NCBI GenBank assembly: GCA_963692915.1
Contig: OY843584.1
Location: forward strand, 1 to 64,000
From: Cenarchaeum sp.
Lineage (GTDB): Archaea > Thermoproteota > Nitrososphaeria > Nitrososphaerales > Nitrosopumilaceae
Direction: 5' to 3'
Length of the DNA: 64,000 nt
Below are positions 38,822 to 48,917 of the stretch, piece by piece. Numbering within the stretch: the stretch's first letter is position 1; each line of letters begins with the position of its first letter. The position numbers and the translations under genes are program-made. The notes beneath the pieces are model-generated. The model did not search any database. It saw only the letters and a list, made by a program, of their open reading frames with translations, and had not been told where the DNA came from.

Positions 38822-39465
38822 TCGGGAACCATCCTCCACGTGCCGTCTGCCATGTGCGCGCGAACCGCCTTGCGCATCGCGTCTCTGACCCCGCTCGCGG
38901 TCCACGGTGCGATCTGCGCGGCGCGGCGCACAAGGGCATCTGAGCGTGGCGCCTCGCCGAGGAGCCAGAGTGCGGCGAGCATCCATGGGCAGTACGACTG
39001 CGCGTCATCGCCTACTGCGCGCGCAAGACTCCCGGCATCCTCCCAGGCGAGCTCGGATATCTCAGACGGAGCCGGCTCTAGGGGCGCATCGGCGCCAAGC
39101 GTGCCAATCAGCGTACCGCAGACCTCGTTCTCCGTGCCAACGTCGAGGTACTCGGCCCTATAGACGAACTTGAAGAGATAGTCCATCGGGCATGATGCGC
39201 CGGCCTCCTCGGGCATGCGCCGCGTGCCGGCATCCGCATAGCCCTCGCCGACTCGCGGGTGGCTCGCAAACGTCGCGTCCCAGTATGCGGGCCAGAGCAT
39301 CTTGGAGTCGCTCCGGCGCGTCAGGAGAAGCCTGCCGGTGTCATCCATGACGAGGGCCGTGAACGCCCTGTGGAGCCGACCGGCCCCGACGTGGCACTCT
39401 AGCTTGCCCGCAGTGCCGACCTCGCGGTCGCACTCGTCAACTAGAACCAGCTGCTCCTCGGCCAT
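38818..39465 (-). CDS. idi: Isopentenyl-diphosphate delta-isomerase, type 1 (Nudix fold)
   Basis: LHRAF, WD..ASHP, ENEVC, CPW. Confidence 0.9.
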   Translation of the reverse strand: MAEEQLVLVDECDREVGTAGKLECHVGAGRLHRAFTALVMDDTGRLLLTRRSDSKMLWPAYWDATFASHPRVGEGYADAGTRRMPEEAGASCPMDYLFKFVYRAEYLDVGTENEVCGTLIGTLGADAPLEPAPSEISELAWEDAGSLARAVGDDAQSYCPWMLAALWLLGEAPRSDALVRRAAQIAPWTASGVRDAMRKAVRAHMADGTWRMVPE

Positions 39466-40228
39466 TCCTGCGTCCCCTGATCAGCGTTCCGCGATAGCGC
39501 CTTCTTTTAACCGCATCGACGATCCGCTCGGGCCGGTTGCCGTTGACGACAAAGACGTCAGTCCCGCCGCGCGCGATCCGGCCAGACTCGACGAGCTTGC
39601 GGGCCATGCCGCCAGTGACGTCCATGCCGACGCGCCCGACCCTGGCCCTGGCCCCGGCGCGCATCTCGGCGATGACCTCGCGCGTTGCGGGATCAGCATA
39701 CACGCCATCGGCGTTTAGCGCAAAGACGCACAGGCGCGGCCTGAGGACGGCGGCCATCATTGACATTATGCGGTCACCCGATAGTATGAACGTCTTGCGC
39801 GAGCCGGCCCACAGCGCGTCACCAAACGTGACGGGCACCATTCCGGCCTCGGCGACTCGCGCAGCGTCGCGAATCGCGCCCTCGTCTGCCCTCCTCCGGC
39901 GCACTATGGCCGCCGGAGGGAGCGGGTACGGGCTCAGGCCGCGCCTGAGGAGCTCGCGCAGGACGATGGAGTTGAGCGTGACCATCGAGTCCTTTACGGC
40001 TGCGACTCCGCGCACGCCGTACTCGGCCGGACGCGTGTGCATGCGGTGCTTTACTGACCAATAGTGGCCAAATGACCCGCCGCCGTGGATAGCGATGACT
40101 GGCTCGCCTAGCCTGCCCAGCGCGCCTGCGAGCCTGCCGATCGCCGCCCTTCTTGGTGAGAGGGGCCGCTCCTTGTTGGTTATGACCGACCCACCAAGCT
40201 TTACGAGTATCACGGTGCGCTGCGGCAC
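39437..40228 (-). CDS. ipk: Isopentenyl phosphate kinase
   Basis: KLGGSVITNK, HGGGSFGH, SGD, DVTGGM; located in the mevalonate cluster. Confidence 0.9.
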   Translation of the reverse strand: MPQRTVILVKLGGSVITNKERPLSPRRAAIGRLAGALGRLGEPVIAIHGGGSFGHYWSVKHRMHTRPAEYGVRGVAAVKDSMVTLNSIVLRELLRRGLSPYPLPPAAIVRRRRADEGAIRDAARVAEAGMVPVTFGDALWAGSRKTFILSGDRIMSMMAAVLRPRLCVFALNADGVYADPATREVIAEMRAGARARVGRVGMDVTGGMARKLVESGRIARGGTDVFVVNGNRPERIVDAVKRRRYRGTLIRGRRNGRGAAGSS

Positions 40229-40331
40229 GCGCGTCAGTTAATAAAGTTGGCAGCCTGTGCCATGCGGCGATGCGCCTAGGCGTGGCCCACGGGGGCACAG
40301 GGCGCGCGCACCACTCTTGGGATCGCCACAC

Positions 40332-41249
40332 TCATGCGCCAAGACCGTGCGCGCCGATTGCAGACCTGAATGTCATCGTGGCTCCCGCGTTGCGCATGGC
40401 CTCCACAGTTCGCGCCGCGTTTGACTCGTCGACGAGCGCTATTGCGCACCCACCGAGGCCGGCGCCTGTAAGCTTTGCGCCATAGCTTGTCGCCGACGCG
40501 GCAGCAACGATGCGGTCAAGTGACGCGTCTGACACGCCAATGTCGACGAGGCACCTGTGGTTCTCGCCCATGTGGCTTCCGAGCGCGACGAGGTCACCAG
40601 ACCGCAGGGCCGCGATCGAGTCGGCAACCATTCCGTTGATGTCCTCGCACAGCGAGCCAAACCCACTCTCGTCGGCCTCCTTTCTCTGACGGACTGCAGC
40701 TACAATCTCGGCAGTCGAGTGTGTGCGCCCCGTGCTCGCAATCACCAGTGATGGCGAGCCGCGCACCTCGCACGCCTCGTGCATTTTGCGCGAGAACGAG
40801 ATGACGCCGCCCACGGCGCACGCGATCGTGTCGGCCCCTGACGCGTTGGCAAAGACTGTCCTCTCTGCACGGAGTGCCTCCTCCACGGCAACGTCGATAT
40901 CGTCTAGTGCGCCCTTTACGATCGCGCCGGCGGCGGCTACACAGCACGCCGACGAGGACCCGAGGCCAACGCCGGCCGGAACGTCAGACTCTACGGTCAC
41001 GTCAATATGGCCGCCTGCCCTGCGAGCCATGTGGAGTATGGGCCGATAGTGCTCGCCGACATCCTCGATGCTGCCTGCGTCATCAAATGCCTCCTCGCCG
41101 TACATTGAGCGTATGCGCACGCCACTGCTGCGCGGCCTGCACGTCACGCGCGTGCGCCTCTCTATTGCGCACACGAGGGCTCCGGCCCCATGGACGGCAA
41201 AGTGCTCTCCGAGGAGTATGGCCTTTCCGGGCGCAGAGGCAGACCTCAC
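40332..41249 (-). CDS. mvk: Mevalonate kinase
   Basis: APGKAILLGEHFAVHG, PAGVGLGSSSA, SGAD, KLTGAGLGGC. Confidence 0.93.
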   Translation of the reverse strand: MRSASAPGKAILLGEHFAVHGAGALVCAIERRTRVTCRPRSSGVRIRSMYGEEAFDDAGSIEDVGEHYRPILHMARRAGGHIDVTVESDVPAGVGLGSSSACCVAAAGAIVKGALDDIDVAVEEALRAERTVFANASGADTIACAVGGVISFSRKMHEACEVRGSPSLVIASTGRTHSTAEIVAAVRQRKEADESGFGSLCEDINGMVADSIAALRSGDLVALGSHMGENHRCLVDIGVSDASLDRIVAAASATSYGAKLTGAGLGGCAIALVDESNAARTVEAMRNAGATMTFRSAIGAHGLGA

Positions 41250-42061
41250 GCAAACACCACCGATGCATACCCGACAACAGAGTCAGGCGACCCGCCGGCA
41301 TCAGCACTCGTGGCATAGCGCAAGAGGCGCCCGCCGGCAGCATGCATGCGACCCGCGGCGACCATCGCCGCGGCTATGGCGCCATACCCGCACGCGCTTA
41401 TGCGCATGTCCAGGAGCGTCTCGTACATTGCGGACACGTCGAGGCTCTCGATGCGCGCAATTAGGGCCGCGTCCTTTTTGCGTGCACTTGCGTCTGCCTC
41501 ATAGTGCGTGAGGTCAGAGGAGGCGACTATGGCGCCGTCGTGCGCCAGGGCGACGTCAGCGGCAGCCTGCCCGACGGCCTGCGCCGTCTGCTGATCCTGA
41601 TCAGAGAGCGCCACGGGGACGATGCGCAGGCTCTGCCCGAGTGCCTCCTGCAGGAGCGGAACCTGGACCTCGATGCTGTGCTCGCGCGCATGCACGCCGT
41701 CATCGACTGCTATTGGCCCGGCAGCCTCGGCAAGCTCGCGCGCGGCCTCGGCGTCAATGTCAACGTCGCCCAAAGGCGTGCGCCATGATGCGGCCGATGG
41801 CACCGACGCTCCAGTGCCCGTTGACTCGTGCTCCGGCCCAATTACTATTACCGGCCCGCGAGCCCCCGAGTCGCCGATCGCGCGAATTGAGCGGCACGCG
41901 ACGTGCGCCGAGTAGGCGTATCCGGCATGTGGGGAGACGACACACCTCGAGGGCGCGCGTGGGCCGGCATCGCGCGCGCACGCCTCGCGTATTGCGCGCC
42001 TTAGTGGGTCGGCACTGTCAGGATAGAACGCGCCGGCGACTGCCGGCGCACGAACGCTCAT
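41246..42061 (-). CDS. MEMO1 family protein (AmmeMemoRadiSam protein B)
   Basis: PAVAGAFYP, PHAGYAYS, EHSIEVQVP, SSDLTHY, CG, VVGY. Confidence 0.92.
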   Translation of the reverse strand: MSVRAPAVAGAFYPDSADPLRRAIREACARDAGPRAPSRCVVSPHAGYAYSAHVACRSIRAIGDSGARGPVIVIGPEHESTGTGASVPSAASWRTPLGDVDIDAEAARELAEAAGPIAVDDGVHAREHSIEVQVPLLQEALGQSLRIVPVALSDQDQQTAQAVGQAAADVALAHDGAIVASSDLTHYEADASARKKDAALIARIESLDVSAMYETLLDMRISACGYGAIAAAMVAAGRMHAAGGRLLRYATSADAGGSPDSVVGYASVVFA

Positions 42062-42726
42062 TCCTCTGATTCGCTGCTCTCGCTGTCCTCGTCGTCGACG
42101 GACATCTTGTCCTCAAAGTCCTCGATGTCGAGATCCATCGAGTGGCGGTTGTCCTCACCGGCGCCGACATCCTCAATGTCGCCGCGGGCCACGAGAACCT
42201 CGCGCGCGAGCATCCAGTATGCGGCCGCGAGTGACTTGCGTCCCCTGTTGTTAGTCGGTATGACAATGTCGATCATCGACGTCACGTTGTCCGTGTTTGC
42301 CATTCCTATGACCGGAATTCCCGCGTTGGTCGCCTCGATGACTGCCTGTGCGTCCACTGACGGGTCAGACACCAGTACGAGTCGAGGCTCGATATAGTGC
42401 GGAAGTGACGGGTTTGTCAGCGTGCCGGGCATGAACCTCCCGAGTATCTTTTTTGCGCCGGTGAGCTCACAGAACCTCTCAACGGGGGTTCGCGTGTGCT
42501 CTCGCGCCGAGCAGACGATGAGCTCGCCGGTTCCGATTCGCGATATCATCTTGCCGGCGGTTCGCAGGCGCGCAATCGTGAGGCCAATGTCAAAATAGTA
42601 CGTGCCGCCTGCGGCCTCTGCGCTCACGTAGCGAACCATGAACTTTGTGCGAACCGGCGTGCCCACGCGCGCACCGGCGGCCTCCATCTTGCCCTCGATC
42701 CCCTGTGCCATGGCCTGTCCGCTCAT
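42058..42726 (-). CDS. rps2: 30S ribosomal protein S2
   Basis: GRFMPGTLTNP, DAQAVIEA, IPTNNRGRKSL. Confidence 0.95.
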   Translation of the reverse strand: MSGQAMAQGIEGKMEAAGARVGTPVRTKFMVRYVSAEAAGGTYYFDIGLTIARLRTAGKMISRIGTGELIVCSAREHTRTPVERFCELTGAKKILGRFMPGTLTNPSLPHYIEPRLVLVSDPSVDAQAVIEATNAGIPVIGMANTDNVTSMIDIVIPTNNRGRKSLAAAYWMLAREVLVARGDIEDVGAGEDNRHSMDLDIEDFEDKMSVDDEDSESSESEE

Positions 42727-43970
42727 TGCTGTGGAGTCGGCTCGGCCATGCCTTGTATTAAACCCTGCTCTGACATGCGCAGGAGCTCGTTGAGCTTTGC
42801 CACGCGCTCGCCGCCGAGTATGCCAGTCTTTAGCATTTTCGAGCGCGTCGCCACGGCTATGTGCGATATGTGCGAATCGACTGACTCGCCGGACCGGTGC
42901 GACGTGACTAGCGCAATGCCCGAGGATGTGGCGACCTTTGCAAACGCTAGCGCGTCGCGCAGCGTTCCGGCCTGGTTCACCTTTAGTATCGCCGCGCTGC
43001 AGGATCGCTCGCGCGCGGCCCTGGTGACCCTCTCGGCGCTAGTCGCAGTCAGGTCGTCACCAGTCACGAGGACGCGCGGGAACCTTGAGGTGAGCTCGGC
43101 CATCTCGCCAAATGCCTCCTCGTGGACGGCATCCTCGGCGTAGACGAGGCTGTACTTTTTGATGAGCGAAGCGGCAAAGTCAACCTGCTCGGACGGCGTG
43201 CGAACCTCACCAGACCTCTCATAGACGTACGCGCCGCGCGCGCCGTCCCACTGTGTAGATGCCGCAAAGTCAACGCCGAGTGCCACGTCGCGCCCCAGCG
43301 TGTGCCCGAGCCTCTCACATGCGCGCGCGGCCACCTCTAGTGCCTCCTCGTTTCCGATCCTCGGTGCCCATCCGCCCTCGTCGCTGCGCCCGCCCGTGAA
43401 CCCGTTGTCGCGCTCACGCAGGACGCGCCCGAGCTCCTTGTGGACGCCGATGTTGGTGGCGATCGCCTCGCGAACATCACGCGCGCCGATGGCGCAGACG
43501 AGGATCTCTTGTATGTCCGGCGTGCCCGGACCGGCATGCGCGCCGCCGCCGAGGACGTTTCCTAGCGGGTACGGCATGCGTGCTGCGCCCTCGCCAATGG
43601 ACTCGTGGAGCTCCACCCCGTCGGCCCGCGCGCCGGCCTCTGCGGCAGCAACGCTTGCCGCATATGCGACTGAGCCACCGATGGCTGACCAGTTTGGCGT
43701 GGGGTCAAGTGTGCGCAGCGCGACGTGGACGGCCTCGGCATCACCGGCGTCAACCCCGTCAAGTGCGCGCGCGCCGGCTGCAAGTAGCCTGACTGACTCG
43801 GATGCGCCTCCGGACGGAAGCGAGACGGCCTCGGCGGCCCCGACGCTTGCGCCAGAGGGCGCGCACGCCCTGCCATGGAACTTGTTGTCTGCAACAATGT
43901 CAACCTCGACGGACTCGGTTCCGCGGCTGTTGTAGATGACCCTACCGACAACCGAGGTTATCTGCACCAA
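42723..43970 (-). CDS. eno: Enolase
   Basis: NSRG, PSGAS, GDDL, LKVNQAG, SHRSGE, GERVAKLNELLR. Confidence 0.95.
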   Translation of the reverse strand: MVQITSVVGRVIYNSRGTESVEVDIVADNKFHGRACAPSGASVGAAEAVSLPSGGASESVRLLAAGARALDGVDAGDAEAVHVALRTLDPTPNWSAIGGSVAYAASVAAAEAGARADGVELHESIGEGAARMPYPLGNVLGGGAHAGPGTPDIQEILVCAIGARDVREAIATNIGVHKELGRVLRERDNGFTGGRSDEGGWAPRIGNEEALEVAARACERLGHTLGRDVALGVDFAASTQWDGARGAYVYERSGEVRTPSEQVDFAASLIKKYSLVYAEDAVHEEAFGEMAELTSRFPRVLVTGDDLTATSAERVTRAARERSCSAAILKVNQAGTLRDALAFAKVATSSGIALVTSHRSGESVDSHISHIAVATRSKMLKTGILGGERVAKLNELLRMSEQGLIQGMAEPTPQQ

Positions 43971-43971
43971 C

Positions 43972-44208
43972 CTACTCTAGCTCGGCTTTTACCTCGAGGT
44001 TCCGCCTGTGGGTTGCCTCCTGGAAAGGTATTATCTGCTTGATCGTCTCGACTGTGGTGAGGAGCATCCTGCGGCAGCAGTAGCGCCTCATGCCTAGCGC
44101 ATCGAGGGCAGTTGCCGGATCCTCGCCATCCTTTACGGCCTGCTGAAAGTCAGCATACCGGTCGGATATGACATTTCCGCACGTAAAGCACCTAACGGGC
44201 ACTAGCAC
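43972..44208 (-). CDS. rpoN: DNA-directed RNA polymerase subunit N (Rpo10)
   Basis: PVRCFTCG, RYCCRRM. Confidence 0.96.
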   Translation of the reverse strand: MLVPVRCFTCGNVISDRYADFQQAVKDGEDPATALDALGMRRYCCRRMLLTTVETIKQIIPFQEATHRRNLEVKAELE

Positions 44209-44258
44209 GGGGTGCGCGGGGGCTCAAGGATTATAAAAACCCTGCAAGGCGACACCGT

Positions 44259-44346
44259 GCGGGTGTAGCCAAGCCTGGCCAACGGTGCTAGCTTGAGGGG
44301 TTAGTCTCTCAGGAGTTCGTGGGTTCGAATCCCATCGCCCGCACCA
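44259..44346 (+). tRNA. tRNA-Leu(GAG)
   Basis: GCGGGTG/CGCCCGC acceptor stem, CTAGC-TTGAGGG-GTTAG anticodon arm, long variable arm, GTTCGAATC, encoded CCA. TTATAAAA at 44231. Confidence 0.95.
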
Positions 44347-44351
44347 ATGAC

Positions 44352-44975
44352 TCAAGATGTGTCGCCTGCCGTGGCGTCTAGCCTCCTCTCGAGGCGGGCC
44401 CGCGCCGAGGCCTCTGTGACGGCAAGGCGCGCGCGCTCTATGAGCTCCCTGTTGACGTCGAGCTTGCGGCGCGCCTCCTTTAGAACCTTGTCGTATGCTG
44501 CCATGGGGTATAGCATGTCATACAGGCCGCCCATAACGTCAAACATGCGCTCGGCGCCTGCAGTGTCCCCGGCGCGTATGCGGTCTAGAACCTGCCGCTT
44601 TAGCTCGCCGATGCAGTCGAGTAGGCCGAGCACGTATGACGTGCCGGCCACGGAGATCGACGATGGTGTCGGGACGTCCTCATCAGAGACTATGGCGATT
44701 AGCGCAAGTGCCTCGACTAGCTCTTGCTCGGCTATGGCGATATTATAGTGCAGACGCGCCGGTGCGCCCTCCCTGAGCTCATCGAGGCGCTTCTTGGCAT
44801 CGTCGGCAAGCCTGGCAGCAGCCGCAATGTCTCCGGCATGAACCGTGATTATGGACCTAGAGCAGAGGGAGATAATATCGCGTGAGCCCTTTATGAGGCG
44901 CTCGCGGTCGGTGCGCGCTGACTCTAGTGACTCTGCGATCTCCCCGACTGACCTTTTGGCCTCCTCAAGCCCCAT
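44352..44975 (-). CDS. Translin-family RNA-binding protein
   Basis: EQELVEA, YVLGLLDCIGELKR, RRKLD. Confidence 0.85.
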   Translation of the reverse strand: MGLEEAKRSVGEIAESLESARTDRERLIKGSRDIISLCSRSIITVHAGDIAAAARLADDAKKRLDELREGAPARLHYNIAIAEQELVEALALIAIVSDEDVPTPSSISVAGTSYVLGLLDCIGELKRQVLDRIRAGDTAGAERMFDVMGGLYDMLYPMAAYDKVLKEARRKLDVNRELIERARLAVTEASARARLERRLDATAGDTS

Positions 44976-45186
44976 GCGCGCGCACCGCCACGAACCGCAT
45001 TAAATCCCTTTGTGCGCGTGCTGAGCGCCAGGAAGGCACCACCTGCGCAGCACGTTGCGTGTGCCCGTTGGTGCTCCCCGAGCTTGGGGGGTTGTGGTAT
45101 GCCATGTGTGGCTCGCCGAGATCGCGCCAACTCTTAAAACATCGACGTGGGGAGATACGTGCTCGAGTCCACGACACCCAATATGA

Positions 45187-45615
45187 TCACTGCTGGGCAT
45201 ACTGGCTTGCGTTCTGTATGACTGTGTTTGACAGGCGGTTAATTGCGTATATTCTGTCTCCCGCATCGTTATACAATGCGGTTCGAGATATCGTGACTAG
45301 ATTTATGTGGTGTTTGATTTTTGTGCCATCGCTCAAAATATAGTCATTGTTGTCATTAGACAGTGTTGTATACCTAACATCTTGCTGTTCGATAGACTTG
45401 AGAATTGTGTCAGGTGAATGTGGTTGGGCAACTGGGGAGCCTTTGAGCTTTGGATCACATATTATAACATTGATGTTATGGACATTTATGTGATATTTAG
45501 GAACATCATCGACTATCCGTCGACGAACATCAATGAGGATATCACGTGCTCTCAGCGTGGAGCCGTCTGTCAGCTGATACGTACACCAGGGTTCCTTGAT
45601 GACGTCAAAATCCAT
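45187..45615 (-). CDS. AT-rich hypothetical protein with an internal two-fold repeat
   Basis: EPWCTYQLTDGSTLR and NDNNDYILSDGTKIK halves. Confidence 0.7.
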   Translation of the reverse strand: MDFDVIKEPWCTYQLTDGSTLRARDILIDVRRRIVDDVPKYHINVHNINVIICDPKLKGSPVAQPHSPDTILKSIEQQDVRYTTLSNDNNDYILSDGTKIKHHINLVTISRTALYNDAGDRIYAINRLSNTVIQNASQYAQQ

Positions 45616-46026
45616 TGATGTGGAGCCGGCTAGGCTATTCGGACTGGGCGCCAATACGCATCGTGTCCTCTGGCATTTGGTTAAATTGGGTAACACAGAC
45701 GATCTCGTGGTTCGTCGTGTGTGGAACCCCTGAAATCATTGGCTCGGCACGAGTGCATAGCATCCATATTCTGCGTCTTTGTGTGAATGACACACTTCGT
45801 GTCTCGATCGCCGTCATGGTCTAACGGCCTTGAGGCTAAAATATAACAGTTTGCGCCGATCCTAGGCATGAGGTCAGCGCCCCTGCCCATTTGGTCAAAT
45901 AGGCGCGATCCTACCGATCCATTTGCTGTGCGGCCGCGGCCAGGCGGGCCATGGGAAAGAGCGTGACCGAGGAGGTCATGCGTGCGGTCTAGGTGCTTAC
46001 CTCATACCAGAATAGTCTCTCTGTTT

Positions 46027-46455
46027 TTATTTATGGGTGGTTCGCTCATGCTGAAATCCAAGAATCCTCAATATTGCGTCGAGTTTGCCTTTGCCCCAAT
46101 CTTTCTTATCGGACTCCCCAAACATCGTGTCAACAAATGTGAAATCAGGATCGTCTGGGGCAGCAGAATTGCCTTTGCCCCAATCTTTCTTATCGGACTC
46201 CCCAAACATCGTGTCAACAAATGTGAAATCAGGATCGTCTGGGGCAGCAGAATTGCCTTTGCCCCAATCTTTCTTATCGGACTCCCCAAACATCGTGTCA
46301 ACAAATGTGAAATCAGGATCGTCTGGGGCAGCAGAATTGCCTTTGCCCCAATCTTTCTTATCGGACTCCCCAAACATCACATCCACAAGTGTGAAATCAG
46401 GATAGTCTGAGGCATCAGAATAGGCTCTCGCCGTCTTTTTATCCTCTGTGGTCAT
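46027..46455 (-). CDS. Hypothetical acidic protein made of 28-aa repeats
   Basis: ATG at 46455 with TTTTAATA about 25 nt upstream; (DDPDFTFVDTMFGESDKKDWGKGNSAAP)n. Confidence 0.5.
   Translation of the reverse strand: MTTEDKKTARAYSDASDYPDFTLVDVMFGESDKKDWGKGNSAAPDDPDFTFVDTMFGESDKKDWGKGNSAAPDDPDFTFVDTMFGESDKKDWGKGNSAAPDDPDFTFVDTMFGESDKKDWGKGKLDAILRILGFQHERTTHK
46084..46409. repeat. 84-bp tandem repeat, ~3.9 copies
   Basis: GCCTTTGCCCCAATC at 46087, 46171, 46255 and 46339, with no unique spacers. Confidence 0.96.
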
Positions 46456-46595
46456 GGCACAACCGATCACGGCTCTCATATTAAAATCTTGGATGGCGAG
46501 GCCAAAAATCCCCTTCGGCGAGCCCCATGGCATGCGCAAATGATCTGAATTGCGCCCCAACGCTCTTATCATCTCTGGCCGCGCGCCGCCCCAAG

Positions 46596-47237
46596 ATGGG
46601 AATAACCGTCGAGCAGATGATGCGCATAGAGGAGAACGGCCACGCGATGGGGTTTCACAAGCGGTTTATGATGGAGAATGCCGGCGCGGCCGCAGTTAGG
46701 CGGCTCGTTGAGGCCATGGGCGATGTCGCATCAAGAAAGGTTCTCGTCATTGCCGGAACGGGCAACAATGGCGGCGACGGGATGGTCATGGCAAGGCACC
46801 TCGCCGGCCTGGGCGCGCGCATCGGCCTTGCGCTGCTCGGTGATGCGTCATCGCTGCGAACCGAGGAGACGCGCTGGAACTGGGACATCCTCTCAAAGGT
46901 GCCATCCGTTGAGATCATCGACGACTATGCGAAGTTTGAAAACGCCGAGATAGTCATTGACGCGATACTCGGAACCGGCGTGTCCGGAAGCCCACGCGAG
47001 CCGCACGCCTCGGCAATATCGTTTGTCAACGCATCAAGCGCGTTCACGCTCTCTGTTGACGTGCCCTCCGGCCTTGATGCGACGACTGGCAAGGCTGCTG
47101 CCGAGTGCGTGCGAGCAGACATGACAGTCACGTTCCACAGGGCAAAGTCTGGCATGGAGGGGCGCGCTGACGTGTGCGGCAAGACGTTCGTCGAGAGGAT
47201 TGGCATACCGCCAGAGGCAGAGGCCGGCGTGCTGTGA
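46596..47237 (+). CDS. nnrE: NAD(P)H-hydrate epimerase (YjeF N-terminal domain)
   Basis: MMENAG, GTGNNGGDG, DAILGTG, DVPSG. Confidence 0.92.
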   Translation: MGITVEQMMRIEENGHAMGFHKRFMMENAGAAAVRRLVEAMGDVASRKVLVIAGTGNNGGDGMVMARHLAGLGARIGLALLGDASSLRTEETRWNWDILSKVPSVEIIDDYAKFENAEIVIDAILGTGVSGSPREPHASAISFVNASSAFTLSVDVPSGLDATTGKAAAECVRADMTVTFHRAKSGMEGRADVCGKTFVERIGIPPEAEAGVL

Positions 47238-47845
47238 TCGTCGAGCAGGTTCCTGTGGGTTCTATGGCAAACTTTACCTATGTCGTGCATGACGAAAAGA
47301 CGCGCGAGGGCATTATAGTGGATCCGTCGTGGGATCTCGACAGGGTCGACTCTGTCGTGCGCGACGGCCGCATACACATCGGCCTCATCGTCAACACGCA
47401 CCACCACTTTGACCACACGACTGGCAACGAGGAGATGGCCAAAATGACTGGCGCGCCGATAGCGCAGCACGCCGAGTCAGAGCTCGCCCACTCGCGCACG
47501 CTGCGCGACGGCGACACGGTATCGTTTGGAGAGTCGTCATTGCGGGTTCTCCACACGCCGGGCCACTCGCGCGACAGCATATGCCTTTTGGGTGACGGCA
47601 AGCTCTTGTCAGGTGACACGCTATTTGTCGGCAGTTGCGGCAGGGTGGACCTGCCGGGCGGTAGTGCGCGCGAGCTCTATGCTAGCCTCTTTGGCGTGAT
47701 ATGCGCACTCGATGACGCAATCGAGGTGTATCCGGGCCACAACTATGGGAGCTCGCCGACATCTACCATTGGGCGCGAGAGGGGCACAAACCCCGTCCTG
47801 CAGCCGCGCAGCGAGGACGAGTTTGTGATGATGCTCGGCGGATAG
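47234..47845 (+). CDS. MBL-fold metallo-hydrolase (glyoxalase II-like)
   Basis: THHHFDH, HTPGH, GDTLF, YPGH. Confidence 0.92.
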   Translation: MIVEQVPVGSMANFTYVVHDEKTREGIIVDPSWDLDRVDSVVRDGRIHIGLIVNTHHHFDHTTGNEEMAKMTGAPIAQHAESELAHSRTLRDGDTVSFGESSLRVLHTPGHSRDSICLLGDGKLLSGDTLFVGSCGRVDLPGGSARELYASLFGVICALDDAIEVYPGHNYGSSPTSTIGRERGTNPVLQPRSEDEFVMMLGG

Positions 47846-47849
47846 CGCG

Positions 47850-48917
47850 TTGGACGCAATTGACTTTATCGGTGATGCCGACGCGGCGCGCTCGCTCTCG
47901 CGCGAGCTAGGCGGCGACTCGCGAATGCTCTTCTCGCTTGTCATGTCGCACACGCGCACGTGCGAGACGCCGGGAATATCGGCTGCCGGCGCCTCAAAGG
48001 AGGCAATGACACTCACGCCTGCAGCCGACGCCGAGTATGTGCGCTATGGCCGATGCAAGTCGATAAAGGGCGTGCCCATGGCTCCCGGCGGCCTGCCAAC
48101 GCCGGCGCTCCTCACGCGTGCGGCACTAGAGGCTGCGCGCATACCGTCAATGGCGATCAGCGCCGGATGCGCCAAGCCGCCCGAGATGCCCCACATCGAG
48201 ACGGGCCTGCCAGTCGGAGAGGACATTGCGACGCGTTCGGCAATGTCTGCAAAGTCCGTCGAGCTTGCGCTGCGGCGCGGCCATGACGCCGGCCGCCACG
48301 CCACCGAGGTCGCCGACTGTGTCATAATCGGCGAGAGCGTGCCGGGCGGGACGACGACTGCGCTTGGCGTCATGCGCGCCCTGGGCTCACCGGCGCGCGT
48401 CAGCTCTAGCATGAGGGAGAATCCGGTTGAGCTCAAGGAGCGTGCCGTCTCGGCGGCCCTTGCGCGCCTTGGGGACTCACATGATGCGCGCGACGCTGTC
48501 CGCGAGGCCGGCGACCCAATGCTTGCCTTTGTGTGCTCGATGGCAGCAGCCGCCTCGCGCTCCTCGCACGTTCTCCTTGCAGGCGGCACGCAGATGCTCG
48601 CAGCACTAATGCTCTCGCGAAGGATCTGCAGTCCGCGTGATGGGGCGATCGCACTGGCCACGACGAGCTATGTCATCCAGGACGCCTCGGCGAACTTTGC
48701 CGAGATTGCGCAACTCGAGTCGATTCCGGCAATATGCATAGACCCCGGCCTTGCCTCCTCGCAAGTCGACGGCCTGAGCGCGTTTGCCAACGGCCACGCA
48801 AAGGAGGGCGTCGGTGCCGGCGGCGCGATGGCCGCTGCCGTCATGGGCCGTGGCGTGGATGCGGGCTCTATTTGCTCACTTGCCGAGGCCGAGTATGCGC
48901 GTGCTATCTCACGGTGA
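47850..48917 (+). CDS. cobT: Archaeal-type nicotinate-nucleotide:DMB phosphoribosyltransferase
   Basis: PGISAAG, TPA, GESVPGGTTTA, GDPM, LAGGTQM, KEGVGAGG. Confidence 0.88.
   Translation: MDAIDFIGDADAARSLSRELGGDSRMLFSLVMSHTRTCETPGISAAGASKEAMTLTPAADAEYVRYGRCKSIKGVPMAPGGLPTPALLTRAALEAARIPSMAISAGCAKPPEMPHIETGLPVGEDIATRSAMSAKSVELALRRGHDAGRHATEVADCVIIGESVPGGTTTALGVMRALGSPARVSSSMRENPVELKERAVSAALARLGDSHDARDAVREAGDPMLAFVCSMAAAASRSSHVLLAGGTQMLAALMLSRRICSPRDGAIALATTSYVIQDASANFAEIAQLESIPAICIDPGLASSQVDGLSAFANGHAKEGVGAGGAMAAAVMGRGVDAGSICSLAEAEYARAISR

Noticed and set aside
37838-41249. Type 1 IDI in an archaeal mevalonate cluster as a novelty
   Set aside because: To my knowledge this is already known for Thaumarchaeota, and the cluster looks like ordinary core genome.
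46084-46409. Possible CRISPR array
   Set aside because: Units are contiguous 84-bp near-identical copies with no unique spacers, and no cas genes are present.
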